Assembly: GCF_006345805.1 (NCBI RefSeq)
Contig: NW_021832829.1
Coordinates: 124,001-188,000 of the forward strand
DNA length: 64,000 nucleotides
Direction of reading: 5' to 3'
From: Octopus sinensis
Lineage: Eukaryota
Part shown: positions 47,761-61,447 of the stretch, piece by piece
Position numbering within the stretch: position 1 is the stretch's first letter
Layout: every line of letters begins with the position of its first letter
The notes under the pieces: generated by a model
Seen by the model: the letters and a program-made list of their open reading frames with translations, nothing else
What the model was told of the DNA's origin: nothing
Database searches by the model: none
Program-made: the position numbers and the translations under genes

Positions 47761-50099
47761 ACCTCGAAATACATGGAAATCTGGCAAATCAGCGGCGGCG
47801 AAGTTTTCACTTAACGTATTATTAGGCAACCCACAAATATTCTTCCAATTATTCCAATTTCGACAAAATTATAGAATTACTTTTCAAGGCAATTCATTAA
47901 TTTAATCAGGTCAGCCCAAATATAAAGCACCTCTGCAAATCCTCAAATTTAAAATTGAAGGCGATTGAGAATCATCGAGTGAAACCATAATGTCACATCT
48001 CCAGGTGGCAGTGAAGCCTCTCACATGCACACCAAACACGACCAAAACTACTCTCGAGGATAAGTGTGGAAAGTCATGATCAAAGCCAAAAATATCATCA
48101 TCTCATTTAAAGTTAAGCAACTTGCTTCACCTGAGAGCACTCCCCTGGTGCTTCCCTCTTGAGTAAAGGACCCGTACTTGCATCCACACAAACTTGCAAA
48201 CTAAATCCTACCAAAACATACGATTAACTCCATTGGGGTTAGACCTAATTTAACTCACAGGTTAGAAACTGTACAACAAAACTACATGCAGGTTAGATTG
48301 TGGGATGATCCGAGTAGATTCTGGGGAATACTCTCAACCGATGCTGCTCGGACACTCAAATAATCGCAACAGACGTCAACCAAGATATGCAGAGAAATAC
48401 CAAACTTGCCAGTGCTGGATATCATCGGATTGATTCCTGACTACCAATTAGACTCCATTACCCTAATAACCACTACAACTCTCATGGAAAACCCAGATCG
48501 CCTCCGAAAACCAGTTCTACGACGGATTAGTGGCTGTGCCCTTTTTCTATTCAAATTCTAAGAGGTTCAACAGGAAATACATCAAGGAATCTCTGACGGG
48601 ATTCCTCGTGTGATACCCCACCTAATCCTACAATCCAGGCCTCTCCAGCCCTGGAACAACCACTTTACCGCCAGGATCCTATTTTTAAGAATTGATGGCC
48701 ACAAATTTTCCAAAGTGGAGGTCGACACATCAGATTATATAGTGTTTAAGAAAGTAATTAATAATAAAATATAAACTATTGCATGGTCGACACATCAGAT
48801 TTTATTAACATCATTAGGAGTACAAACACAACACATAGTACAACGTGTATAAAATATATACAATTAAAATATTATTTAATTAACAACTAGATTATTTAAG
48901 AAATTTGTTGAATTACCGTCTTTATGTTTCGGTAATCTCCAAATTTAGCCATACTATAAACCACAAGAGAATAAATTATTTAAAATTTTATTAAAATAAT
49001 TCCTTGTTAGAAATAAATAATTAATATTAATAAATTAAAGAAAACACACATCGTCAATAAACTAACAAATGAACCAACCACCTACCCTTTCAACCATTGT
49101 TTCTCGCCAAACTTCTCATATAATTAAAAAAAATACCTCAAAAACGTAGAATGCAATGGCCAACATTGACTAATTTTAAATGGGATTGTCTATTGTTGAT
49201 GCGGATGCAATTTCTGCTCCTAATAGTTTACAAATACGATTTTTTGGCTTAATTTTTATTCTTAAAAAATATGAAAATCCAGACAATCCAATAGACAAAT
49301 CCATTAAAATTAACTTAAATTAATAAAAAATGAAAAAATAATTAAAATCTATTGCTTATACGTCGAGATTTATAGTATGGCTAAATTTGGAGATTACCGA
49401 AGTTTCTACTTATTCGGATTCGGATTTCTCGAAATACTCCGTCCAATTCCCATGCGAGTTTGTGACTCCATTTGTAGAATGTTAAATACCGAGCGATGAG
49501 TTGTATTTTTTGGTATATAGTCAAACCCCTCGAAACCGATTGCTCTCGGACCGACAGAATTGTCTGGTATCGAGAAAGAGCTGGCATATTAAACGAGTTT
49601 TTAAATTTACTTATAACAAGTTGTTCGCGATATCCTTGCACGCAATTCAAGGTTAAAGACGATTAGATCAAATTTTTATGTTAGAAGGCCGGTTTATGAT
49701 AAAAGAAAATTCAAGTTGAGACCACAAAATACGCGGTATTCGGAATAGGGGAGTTCTGGTATATAGAAGGTGAAATAGCAGTGATGGTCTATGAGGTGAA
49801 TAGAGACTAGAAGTTTAGTCTGTTTTAAGGGAATTCCAGTATACCGAGGAGTCGGTTTAGAGGAGTTTGGCTGTATATTGGATACTTTTTGGAAGTTTCA
49901 TACTGTTCCTTAATCGTTCCAACCTTTGAGGAGTCAATTTCCTCTTTCGTTACTTTCCGGGAACTACAAACTTATTATTTTTAAACATCCCTTATTTTTA
50001 TTGGATAGTAGAGTGACTGCGTATTTTGATCGACTCGTAAATATCTGACATGATATTGTTTATTTAGTTTATTTGGTGCAGTTTGTTCGGCAAGTTTCG

Positions 50100-51450
50100 T
50101 CTCTAATGTGCTGCAACAAAACCGGTTTTTTTCCACCAGCACTGTAATTTCAAACATTTCCTACAAGTTGCTTCTGTATTTCAATATACTTGTAATACAA
50201 CTCCATACTAGGGACTCAACATGTAATAATTAATTAAATTTGTTTGGTTGGAGATGTTAATCTGCCTCTCTGAATTTACAGATTTGGGCAATTCACTTGG
50301 AAATTGTTATAACTCGTTAGGCTCGATATTAATACAATAAGTGGAAACCGGACACAAGCAACAAGCTTTGGTTTAAATGACATAATAGCCTCCATGTAAT
50401 GAATAATCTCGATATTTTTTCCTTGCATTTGGATATTAATTTGTTTAAATTTTCAAATATATCAGCCAAATAAAATATATCGGCTTTTGTACTAATAAGT
50501 TTTTCACTGAAACCTTTATGGTCTATAAACGAAACGATTGAGTCCCCAGAGATACAAAACGATTGAGTCCCACAGAGATACAAAAACGATTCCGACAATT
50601 TCCATATTAGAGCTATGTGTATAACAAATTTTGTAAAATCTTAATCATTTTCTTCATATAATAATCGAAAAAGGCGATCCTGAAGTGAATGAAACATTAT
50701 ATAATTGACAACATCAATAACTACGGAAAGAAAAATAGAAAGACGACCTCCCAATTTTCTGAAAATTAAATGTTGCAGGTAGATGTATAATAAAAATAGA
50801 TGCAACGCAATATTTTAAATATGGCAAGCATCCTGCGTATTTGCCAACGAAAAGAATGTTATTCTGACAAATGTATATTTAATTGCATTATACAGTGACA
50901 CACTCCTCATATTACTTGTAATTTTTCTTGCAAAAACATTATAGGGAAAAGAGCGTTATCTGGTAATGTAGTATCTTTGATAAAAAGTTTTTTTATATTA
51001 TCGACACTTCTGGTAACAGTAAATCTACTTAATGGAATTGAATATAATATTCCATCTGAATCGATATTTTGTAGTTCAGATGAAATTATTTTTTCAGCAG
51101 AAATAATTAGTTTTTCTCTAATATTATAATAACTTTCAGACTTGCAATAAGTTTAAATATTTTTATGATTTGATCAAGCCTAAAATAAAAAATATTATAC
51201 AATGTGATATAACCTAAATTCTGTTTTTGTCGAGTTTCAAAACATTGGAGGTAGTTTTTGTCTTCGTATATAATTATCTTTTAGTCTAATAAAAACCTTC
51301 AAAGGTTTATCCTTTTTATCTTTGTGTGCAGTATCCAAATGAATTTTAAGTTTGTTCGGCGTCATGCTTTCATTAGTTAATGTACGATTGCAGAGATGCA
51401 ATAAATCCATATGCTAAATATTTTTCCAAATTTTTTCGATGCCTTTTTTG
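50100..51450 (-). mobile_element. Degenerate hAT-Buster transposase
   Basis: BED-like YGFI..LCNRTLTNESMTPNKLKIHLDTAH..KDKP and FYLADIFENLNKL. Confidence 0.7.
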
Positions 51451-51843
51451 TTAATATTACTCATATCCAGTTTTTAAAGGTAACCACAAATTAAATCAGA
51501 CAAGAATACTAGTGTTAGAAAAAATTAATTAAAAAATAAAATATAAACAATTTTATTGCTAAGCAAAGGAAAATTTCAGAAAAGAGAGGTGAGGCGATTT
51601 TGGCCTCCGAACGCGATTTCAAAAATAAAATTATATGTTAATTTTCATAAATCTTTTTATTCAAGATCTGTATTTTTCTGGGGTTACCTAAAAGTTTTCA
51701 TGGCTTTCTTTGATAGGGTGTTCTAAATCATACATGATCAAAACCCCTCGTAACTGTTCCAGGAGGATATCCAAATACTTGAAATAATATTAAATCCAGG
51801 AAATAAATGAATCGTATTTGTTAGATTGGTTAGGAATTGTAAC

Positions 51844-52578
51844 CTAAGTTAAGGAAGGACAGTCTTTCCTGTAAAAGTTTGAAGGCTGGATATATCCTCC
51901 TTGTTTTTCACTTGCAAATAAACATACACATACTCACACATAGTATTTGACAAACTCGCTAACATTTTCGATGCTTTCTTCATTTATAAGACTGTCTGTC
52001 GTGGCCAGATATTTGTAGACGTATATCCAAATGTCGAAGGGGATGTATTCGGCAGCCCCATCGTCCGCCTTTGTTAGAATCTCGCACACGTGTCCTAAGG
52101 TGGTTTTCAAGTCCTACAAAAAATGACATGATATATAAAACATATGAAACAGCAGAAGAACACAATGCGACAAACTTGATCCATTCGGCAGTATCCGTAA
52201 AGTTCCCAATCCTCACAATGTCCTCAAATTGTTGTCTGGGGATGGCCAAATCCAGCCATTTTTCGAGGATCAAGTCCAACGGGACGTAAAGTTGACTTGA
52301 CAACTGCCGTTTGGGATAACAGAAACCTCGTTGTGCAATACTTTTATCAGACCAACAGTCAGTCCGGTGTCAGTTTTTTGTGTGGCCACCGCAGTTTCAA
52401 GACGGTCTTTAACGGGAGGGACCTGTCCGGTTGATTTGGCGTTGAAATAGGCTGCAGACCACCGGAGCACGTCCTTAGGCTGAGTGACAATTGCCGCCTT
52501 TGTGAACTCTTTAAGAATGTCCGGGAATTCGGGAGGGATGTTGATTTGTTGAGAACAATAGTACGGCTCGTCGGACAT
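51844..52578 (-). CDS. ROPN1L: Ropporin-1-like (RIIa-domain ciliary/flagellar protein)
   Basis: MSDEPYYCSQQINIPPEFPDILKEFTKAAIVTQPKDVLRWSAAYF...PVKDRLE...QKTDTGLT; spliced tail ...EILT..D..IPF..W.YVYKYLA. Confidence 0.92.
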
Positions 52579-53301
52579 GTTGCTTGGAAATATTCTTGTT
52601 TTAAAAATTTGAATAAAAATGTATTTTGATAAGAAATGGAATAAAAATAACTGATATATAAATTGATTTTTCATCCAAGAAATAAAGATTACAGCTATTT
52701 ACCAACCTGTCGAGTCAAGTCTGATGCTATTAAAGGCATTACGAGCATCCAGTTGAATGTAGTGTCATCGGAAATTTTTAAAACCATTTTTTAGATGACT
52801 GTTATTTCGAAAGATTTCAGCTGAAATCTTGTTTTGTTAATTTTGTCTGTTTATAAGATCAACAAAATTCAGCAAATTACCAGAGTGCATAAGAAAACAT
52901 TTTGTTAAATGTTACAATTATTTGTCACCTCGCCAAATAAAGTTCAATTTAATTAACTAATTCTAAAGTTTATAAAAATTATCTACCTTTTTACATTATT
53001 TTTTTAGTCTTTATTTTTATTGGAATGGCGTTAGAGAAGAACGAAAAGTTCAAAGAGCACGTACCAAACTTAAAAAGTCAATACAAACACATGGTACATT
53101 CCCCACCGTTCCCAAAAAAGAAATGCCTGAATTAAGGTTGAAGAGTCTCCAGTTTTAGTGCATATGTGAAGGCGTCTAGCCAATGCTTAGCCCTAACTGA
53201 CTATTTTCGATTAGAGCGACTATTATAAACAGGGAATGACAAATGTACATGTTAGGTTATTGAACAAGGACAATACTACTGAACTAATTTTGTTAGCCAA
53301 A

Positions 53302-56300
53302 TTAATATTTTGACAAAGCATGAATGTCAAGTTTGTGAAATTCATTTCCTTCAATTTTATTTATTTTGGAGATTATTTGCTGTCTCTCTCTCCTTAGTCG
53401 TTTGCCGACAGCCTCATCCATCGTCATCTCATCATTGGGAACTTTGTCACTCATCAGAATTGGTTTTACGGAGTCGGAACTGGTTTTTCTCGACTTAAAT
53501 ATTACTAAAAACAACACCCAGTTGAATATTTCCTCAAGTTTTTCCAGGCCACCTTCGACAGTGGCAAGAGGTTCCGTCAATATATCAATCTCCACGTTGG
53601 GGTGAGAATAGGTCCGAGGAAGAGCAATGTCCCATTTAGCGGACTGTCCAAACGTGCCTACAAATGGGCATCATCCTCCCACCTATGTACGCCCCGTTCA
53701 GATTCCACAGCTTGATGGTCCTGTTGGCCGAAGACGACACCACCAAGTCTGAATTATCAACATAAAGGATGTCAGTCACACACTGGGAATGACCCTTCCA
53801 ATTATTCACGTCTATTAAGTCAGTCACCCAATAGTCACGTGAAGGAGGCAGGTCACACTGCTCAATGGCGTACCCCACGATGTTCCAAATGTGGATCGAC
53901 CCTTCTTCGTCTCCAGACACGAGGATCTTGTCCGAGTCGTTCGTGCAAATTGCCGTGATTAAAGATCCATTTGGCTAAAATACTTTATTTTTAAGCACAT
54001 GGGGGAATGAGGCATGGGGGACCGAGCAATAAGGGTTCCAAAAGTTGATTCTGTTGTAGGGACCACTAGCCACAATCATAGCACTACTCTTCTTCAGTGT
54101 CCTTGTATGTAAAATCGTGATCCTCCTGACCAACTTCCACTCTTCGGCTGCCATCTAACTCAAAACGTTACAGTCGTTTGAATTCTCTTGTTTTTCTGGT
54201 ATTAGACGAGAGAAAATGTGGCCGGAAATCATATTCCATATTACCACATATCCCCCGGAAGTGGACGTGGCCAAGTAGTTGTTCCAGTACTTTATGCAGA
54301 TTATATCCCCGTTAGCCTGGAGTTACCCCAAGATATACTTCCGGGTCTCTCCACTCGAACATGGGCTCCTTGGTCTTGATGCTGTTGTTGTCGTAATCGT
54401 CCGAATAAATGTACAACTTCTTTTCCGAGTCAGCCCCAAGTATAAAACTAAAATTGTTCAGATATTATAAACTTGTTGTGGCCGACCTGGGCGTAGTTAC
54501 ACGAAATGAATTCACATTTTTTGACATTTGTACCTACTTTGGTAAATCGCTGGAAACCTTTTCCAAATACTGCCAAACATTGCCCGTTTAAGTAATTCCA
54601 GACTTTGAGATGGCCATCACAGCCACTGCTGATCAGTCTCAGTCCATTCGAGTCAAAGCAAAGACTACTGATAATGTCCCGACCATGAGCATTCCTGATC
54701 TCAGAAATCATAACTCCTTCTTCAATGTCCCACACGTACACAATCTTGACGATAAATAACCCATCCAACCGAGTCCTCGCTGGCTGATGCAATCACATCC
54801 CCCACCGCACTGTAGCAGATGGAGGTCACATGTTTGTCGTGACTAACCACATAGGTCGCAGTATTTTGTTTGTTTCTAATCACTTAGTAATGAAAAGTAC
54901 TTGGTGTTCCTCTGAATAGGGAGAACTGCCACCTTATCAGTGCACAACATGAGTGTGTGGGTTGTGGCGGAGTAGTGGCATATCACCAGCTCCCCCTGAA
55001 TTCCATGACTTCTTGACCCGATAGACAATATGGACTGGTGGTCTTTAAGATCCCAAATCTGAGAGTAAACATGTCCACTAACCTTCACGTTTCCCTCAGT
55101 CGAAATACTATAAATCTGTTCCTCTGTAACTGAGATGTGGATGAAGGTGATCGGATTGCGATGTCCCCGAAGAATTGCCGTTGGTCGACTATGCCATAAC
55201 CACGGTAACTAACTGGGCCACGTAGGGGTTCCAGAACCTCAGTTGTCGATCCAAACCTGTCATACGGCGACAACAATCAGTTACCTCCAGTTATAAAAAT
55301 GTTGAGTTCTCTAGAGAAAGCAAACGCCTTCACTCCCTTGTAGACATTAAAGACAAGTTCGTCCTTTGATCGGAAATGTTGTTGGGGGGCATTGGATCCT
55401 GTTTTGATACTGAAGGTATTTCTCAGGTAGTTGGTCTTTGGCACGGCAAACCCTATTTTAGTCATTGGGACCCCAACCGATCACGACGCTTCTGGTGTCA
55501 TCGTTGCAGCACGAAATCACCTGATTGTCAACAGGAAAGAATTTAATCTAATAAAAATATTCATAAAATTACATTTTGGACCCAGTTGAAATGGGTTGTC
55601 CATTTGAACAGAGTTACTTGAGGGTTTTGCCTCAGTTTGGCGTAAGTCTGAGTAGGGAACCCGTCGGATATCGGGTACTTCTTCCACAGTCTTAATATCG
55701 GCATTTAAGGCACCTCAAGCACTCGCCAATATTATTGATGACAATGACAGACACACAGCCACTCTTGTCTCCGAATATTATCACACATTCGTCTTTGTTT
55801 ATTGAGCTTGTCTCCAGACATAAGGGTATCAGGTCGAGTTCTGTGATCTTACAATACGACTCGAATGAGGGAAAGTCAATGATTTGCAATTCTCGGTCAC
55901 TTGTAATGAGAATGGACTTGTACCCAGTGCCCAATATGATTTTATTGTACTCTGTCAGCACTCCACAACACATCACCCATTTGGGGACTGCTCGATTGGT
56001 AAAGCGGGATGTCTGGAAGTACGACTAAAATAATTACCTGAATGACCTTCCGCTTTTTGATGTCGAGGTTACAGGTCCATGTTGTCACAATTCCATCCTA
56101 TTCAATGAATAAATTTATGTTGAATATGTAAAATTTAGAGAACCCTGCTGTATGTCGTGAAACTTCCATCAATTCCGCTTGTGATGTTAACGATGACATC
56201 ACGACTCGACGTCGTCCGAATTTTGGCAGGCAAAATAAATGAAATGTCGTGTTTCTCGGAGTGGATTAATTCCTGTTTCTCAAACTCGACAAGAATATAT

Positions 56301-56829
56301 GAACAGAACAAATCCCACGTGATGTACTCCTCGTCTCTCCAATTTATCGTGGTAAACAGTTTATCGATCGACGAGTTCTATCCGTAATATTTGGCGGGCT
56401 ACGTAAGGCCTGGAGACTCCCAATTGGTCCACGATCACTTTTCTGAACTGTTGCAAGGTCAGCCCGTTTTCTGGGTCTTTGCTGCTCGAAAACGCATTTT
56501 TCAAATTTTTGATCATTTCCTTGTCAAAGTGATTCTCAATCTGACGTCACCGATGACGGCATAATTACCTTGATGAGGTTTTTGTGATATTTAGAGGACA
56601 TCCTCGAGGATCGGTTTGTTCTTTGGTCTAATAAAGGAAGTCCTCGAATTCCGAAGTTGGTCGCAATTTTATAGTTGGAGTCTTTGATCATGGAATCCGA
56701 GGGAATGGAGAAATTTCGTTGGTGAGTATATGCACTCCGTGAAAACACGGAAACTGTCGATTTTGGATTCCGTGGATAAATCCCGCCTCTGTATTCACTT
56801 TTCACTGAAGACGCCCGTTGATGCTCCAT
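53302..56829 (-). CDS. EF-hand plus WD40-repeat protein (WDR49/WDR64-like)
   Basis: EF-hand-like LFTTINWRDEEYITWDLFCSYILVEFEK and several WD repeats (LISSGCDGHLKVWNY, VSGDEEGSIHIWN, VSSSANRTIKLWN). 3' end approximate. Confidence 0.75.
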
Positions 56830-57058
56830 TTAATTGTAGATTTAGTAACCTAGTTACAATATTTGACTATTATTTCAAAATAAAATTTATCCAATTCATC
56901 GTCTTAATAATAAAATGGTATGGTCTGTGTCTGTCTGTGTGTGCCCGCAAACTTCAAATTGGCAAAGTACAGATAAATTGTCATAATCCTTTTCCCAAAA
57001 ATCATGATTTCTTTACAAATCTTCCACCCAAAAAACTAACATATCAAGAATATCCTAA

Positions 57059-57250
57059 ATGATGAGGTCCTTAAAATCTTCCTGCAAAAAATTAAAAAAT
57101 ATTTTCCGAATTTTGGTTAAAATGAAAAACAAGCATGTTGTCGACTCACATGATGAGGTCCTTAAAACGTTCCCGCCAAAAATAATTGTCTAAATTTTGT
57201 TCAAAATGAACAACGTGAATATCCTCGACACGCACGATGAGGTTCATCAA
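57059..57250. repeat. Degenerate tandem repeat with 84-91 bp period
   Basis: ATGATGAGGTCCTTAAAA at 57059 and 57150; ACGATGAGGTTC at 57234. Confidence 0.7.
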
Positions 57251-57799
57251 ATTAGAGATGAGTTCACCATTACTCTCAAAATTGATGGAAATAATTCGGA
57301 AAATGTTTTTGGAAGAATTAAGCTTGAGTTTTAAACAGATTCATCCCATTGAAACTGGTAAGAGTTTGATTTATTTAACTAAATTTATGATTTTAACTAT
57401 ATTTTTTATTTCTGGTGAACCTCAAGTACGTGCTTTTCCAGCATACTGATTTTAAGCGAAGTGAGTCGGGAAGGTCTTTAGTGTGATCTGATTATTTATT
57501 TGCTTGAGGATGTCGCCAACTGAAAAATGGCAATATGTTTTTTGACGTCAAAATTGGACCATTTTTTAATGTTCAACATGTTTTTGTTTCTAAATTAATT
57601 GTGACCAAGGATGTTTCGTGTTTTGAATGTGAATATCATGTCTTTGGTGACTAAGAGGAGGATCACAGTGGAATGATTATACCTGAATAGACGGGGGAGT
57701 TTGTAAAAGTGAACACTACTCTTCTAATGAAGTACGATCTAGTTTGGGGACTGTTTTATATTTTAGACGTTCTGTGACAATTTGGTGAACGTGTTTAAT

Positions 57800-58500
57800 A
57801 GCTAAGGGGTGAATTTCTAATATAATTTGTGTAATGAATACAAAATGAAATGTACATTTTCAGTATGTGGAATAGGGAAGATACTTTTTCTTCTGATGTT
57901 AGAATTTAATAAAGTAATTTTAGCTGATTTCTTTTATATGGCAAGTTTAAAAATTAATTTTTTGGTTTAGAACAAATACTTGGCAAATACTTCAGGTGAA
58001 GACCCAATTTTTGACATTGTCGGAAATTTTGAGAAATTGAAGAGCCACCTAAATTCTGATTGTTCTATTGGATCTACAATTTTAAGCGTCATGATTATTT
58101 TATTGTATTTCTCAATTCTTATATCTGTTTCTTGCGTTTGATTTTTACTAATTTTTTAAAAACTGTGGCGAGCGAAAGAGGTAGAGAGCAATAAAGGTTT
58201 CACAGTACAAATATTTTTAATTCATAAAAAACAGAAAGGGAACTCCAAATTATAAAAACAACATCCTTATGTTTCTTAATTTTATTGAATAATTTTTCTT
58301 TTCCAAGGTTTCAGGTTCTTCTGAAAGGCAAATAAACGTTGATGCCCATAATTCCTTACAAGTCAACTCCAATAGTTGTATTTCGAACTCAGTTCTGTTA
58401 ATATCAAGTGGCAATAAATTTAAAGTGCTTATTTTGACATATAGAGGATTTATAACAAACCACTGAGCTGTGCTTTTTTCCAATATTCTGTCTAATATTT
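57800..58500 (-). mobile_element. Degenerate hAT-Buster C-terminal remnant
   Basis: WFVINPL...FEIQLLEL...LW resembles GTF2IRD2/Buster transposase. Heavily decayed. Confidence 0.45.
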
Positions 58501-58659
58501 TTACTATTTCTCAAAATATACTGCAATCTAATATTATAGAAATCTGATTTATTTTAAATAAATAATTATTTAAATAATAGCTCTTATTTGTAATAATTAA
58601 TCAAACTATTAAAATTAATTTCGACAACGTGGTGTATTGTTTATTGTTGTCCTCTAACT

Positions 58660-60028
58660 ATGGTATTTATTAATGTCGATTTATTTTAAAGGTCAAAAAG
58701 AAAAACCAATCAAATAAAGCAAGAACTATATTTGAAATCCTTCCACGTGAGAAAACGGATCCTCTATGTAACGACCCCCTTTCTTCTCCAAATATAATAA
58801 TTCCAGTCCAAAACGTAGATCAGGTTTTCCCCAAATAAAAAATCTAGAACTTTCTAAAACGACTTGGAATTACCGACGAACACCTCCCCTTGGCAATGAG
58901 GAGTCGTCCACAATTAAACGTAATTGATGATACCAGTAGAATTGACCCAGGTTTATCTCATTTCTTATCAACAGCGGTCTACACTCCTCTCTACGACGAT
59001 GATAACTACGAGGAAGTGACAGATCAGTTCATCGAGGAAGCCAACAAGGCGTCCAGGTTCTTGTATGCCGTTCATGTCCAGTCGGCCTTCCAATTCTCAG
59101 TATGGCTTTATAATGGAACGATTTTTGGAGTCTTCCCAAATTCCAGAAACAAAAAAGCCAGCAAAATCTTTGCTCATGTCTTCGGCTGGAATTTCGTGTG
59201 CCACAAGCCGACGATCGGCAGCGCTTCGTGACTTTGACGAACGATTTCAACTTGTATTGGAGTTTGATGATTTTGTAGTTTTTTGATAAAGAATCGTGCA
59301 AGTCGACGTCCGTCAATGGGCACGTGCGTGATGCTTTCACGGACGAAGAAATCAACGACCTTTCTGCTGATTTGTCACGTCTTATGAACGAGTTTTTTGT
59401 TTTTATTTAGTTGTAGAAAATCGGGTGAAGAATACAAGTTTTTGTCGTTTTTTTATTTTTAGCATTCATGGTGATGTCCCTGTTTTGGTAGAGGAATGTT
59501 CTGACGGTTCCACGGTTGTTGATGAGTCCGACGATGGTGACCGTGGTAATATGACAAGCAGATCTGTTGTCATATAAAACGGAGAGTTGTAGAAGCTCCT
59601 CTGCGCGATGTATGTTTTCTGGGAGATTAATGGACGGGTCACAGTATGATAATTGCAGTATGTATTTGAGTTGTAATTTTTAGGTTATCTGAGCACGTGC
59701 AGTCGCTATAGTCAGCCCAAAGTGATAGTTCACAAGTCTAGTGCTCGGGTGCACTGTTTGTGGTTTTTACTGTTTAGGAGAGATCGAGGAAAGACAGTGT
59801 TGTGAAACAAGTGGAGGAGTTGCCTAGTCTTCCTGAGTTTTCAGATGTGGATAGAAAGGAGTGGAAGAGTTTGGTCAAAAATGACAGGCGGGTTGATGTT
59901 TTGTGGAATGATGATCTTAGATGAGGCGAATTAGAAAAAAGGAGACTAAAGTGTTGTTTACTGAGAATAAGGTGACTATGAAACATTTGTCCTCCCGGAT
60001 GCAGAATAAACATTTGAATATATTATGA
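58660..60028 (+). CDS. LTV1: 40S biogenesis factor LTV1
   Basis: After splicing: M|VKKK...FEILPR..DPL..D..SP..IIP, DDDNYEEVTDQFIEEAN, RRSAALRDFDERF, and a C-terminal basic coil RKEWK..VK.DRR|MRRIRKKETKVLF. Confidence 0.8.
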
Positions 60029-60429
60029 ATTATGTCTTATTTTTGTTTTATTTGTGTATTAAATAATGGGAATTAGCTTTTTGATTAGGACTTGCGGTCG
60101 GAAACGAGGATAGCGAAATGGTTTTTTGTTGCAGGCAAGTTAATTCGTGCTTGTGTTTTTTTCCAGATTAACGACACAATTTCACGAATGAGTAAAATCA
60201 ACCATTTAATAATTATTTGCTTTTCAGCATAGTAGTAGTCCACTTGATTTTAAACAAATTGTTTTGAGAAAGAAGTTTAGAATAGAAAATCCTTATAGTG
60301 AAAATTTATGTTTGACTTCTGTTACATTAACAGTTTCTGTTACATCTGGAGATGCTACCTTAACAAATTTTTTTTATCAAAAAGGCCATTTTAACATGGG
60401 TTCAAAATGAGAAATCTACATTTACATAC

Positions 60430-60690
60430 TGAGAAATCATCGAGACATTTAAAGACAATATGCTCTGTTCTGTCACTGTACACATAGTTTCTGACTGTGT
60501 ATCGAAGAAGATTCTGTGAAGAAAATATTTCAAGCAGAATTATCACGGAAACTCGAACTGTGGATCACCAACTTTCTAAGTGGACGAAGAGATAGGGTGT
60601 GTTTCGGAGGACTGAACTATGTGTCAGGTCTTCTTTACAACGGAGTACTTCACGGAGTACTTCAAGGTTCTCCTTTACGGCTTCAATGAG
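60430..60690 (+). mobile_element. LINE RT fragment
   Basis: KLELWITNFLSGRRDRV...NGVL..QGSP, with DNA similarity to 47520-47700 (reverse complement). Confidence 0.7.
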
Positions 60691-61447
60691 AAGAGATCAT
60701 ATGTAAGAGACCATAAGATATGTAAACTGCAGTTGTTTGTTGACTAAAAACTAAGTTAATAAATTAGTAGATTTATTTAATAACTGGTTAATGTTTAGTA
60801 AAGTTTATCTAACGATTCAATAGCAGTGCTATTGATGCCAGGGAAGTGAGAATGAATGTGAATCCTAAAAATAATTAAATTAATTTGATTTCATTACTTT
60901 TGAAAGATTCATTATTTACTCCTTTGATTTCATTATTTACTCCTTTACCCACATCCACACCTAGAATATAATCCCGATATAGTATTTTTTAAGTTAGATT
61001 AAAATATACTATTTTGTTCTTGTTCTTGACTGTAATTTTCAATTATAATATCTGCTGTTTCTTGCGCTAAATCAAATATCTTTTTTATTTTTTCGCGTTT
61101 TGTTTGTTCTGGTTTTGAATTAATCAAAAAGTTCGCAACGTCATTCTATATATAATTTTGCAACCTTACATTTAATTTTAATAATATATCATAGTTCTCA
61201 ACCATTATTTCATGATATAATAACATTTTAGTCTTATTCGGGCTTCTTAATTCAAACTAAATTTGTATTCAAATATACAAATACTATTTTTGCGAGAAAA
61301 TTTATTACGTTTTTATTTGTATGATCTATCAAAGTAATCAAATATATTTTACCTAATTTACTCATGTTTAATCTAAAAGACTCAGCGTATTTAGCGGTCT
61401 TAAAATAATGATAATAAATAATTCACCAGATTCTGAAGATTTTGTTT

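Noticed and set aside
47950-48810. GC-richer block and a 17-bp direct repeat GGTCGACACATCAGATT (about 48720 and 48785)
   Set aside because: Probably retroelement debris and a small duplication. No motif could be assigned.
57059-57250. C/D snoRNA cluster or hammerhead ribozyme suggested by ATGATGA
   Set aside because: There are no matching CTGA D boxes or terminal stems, and no CTGATGA...GAAA core.
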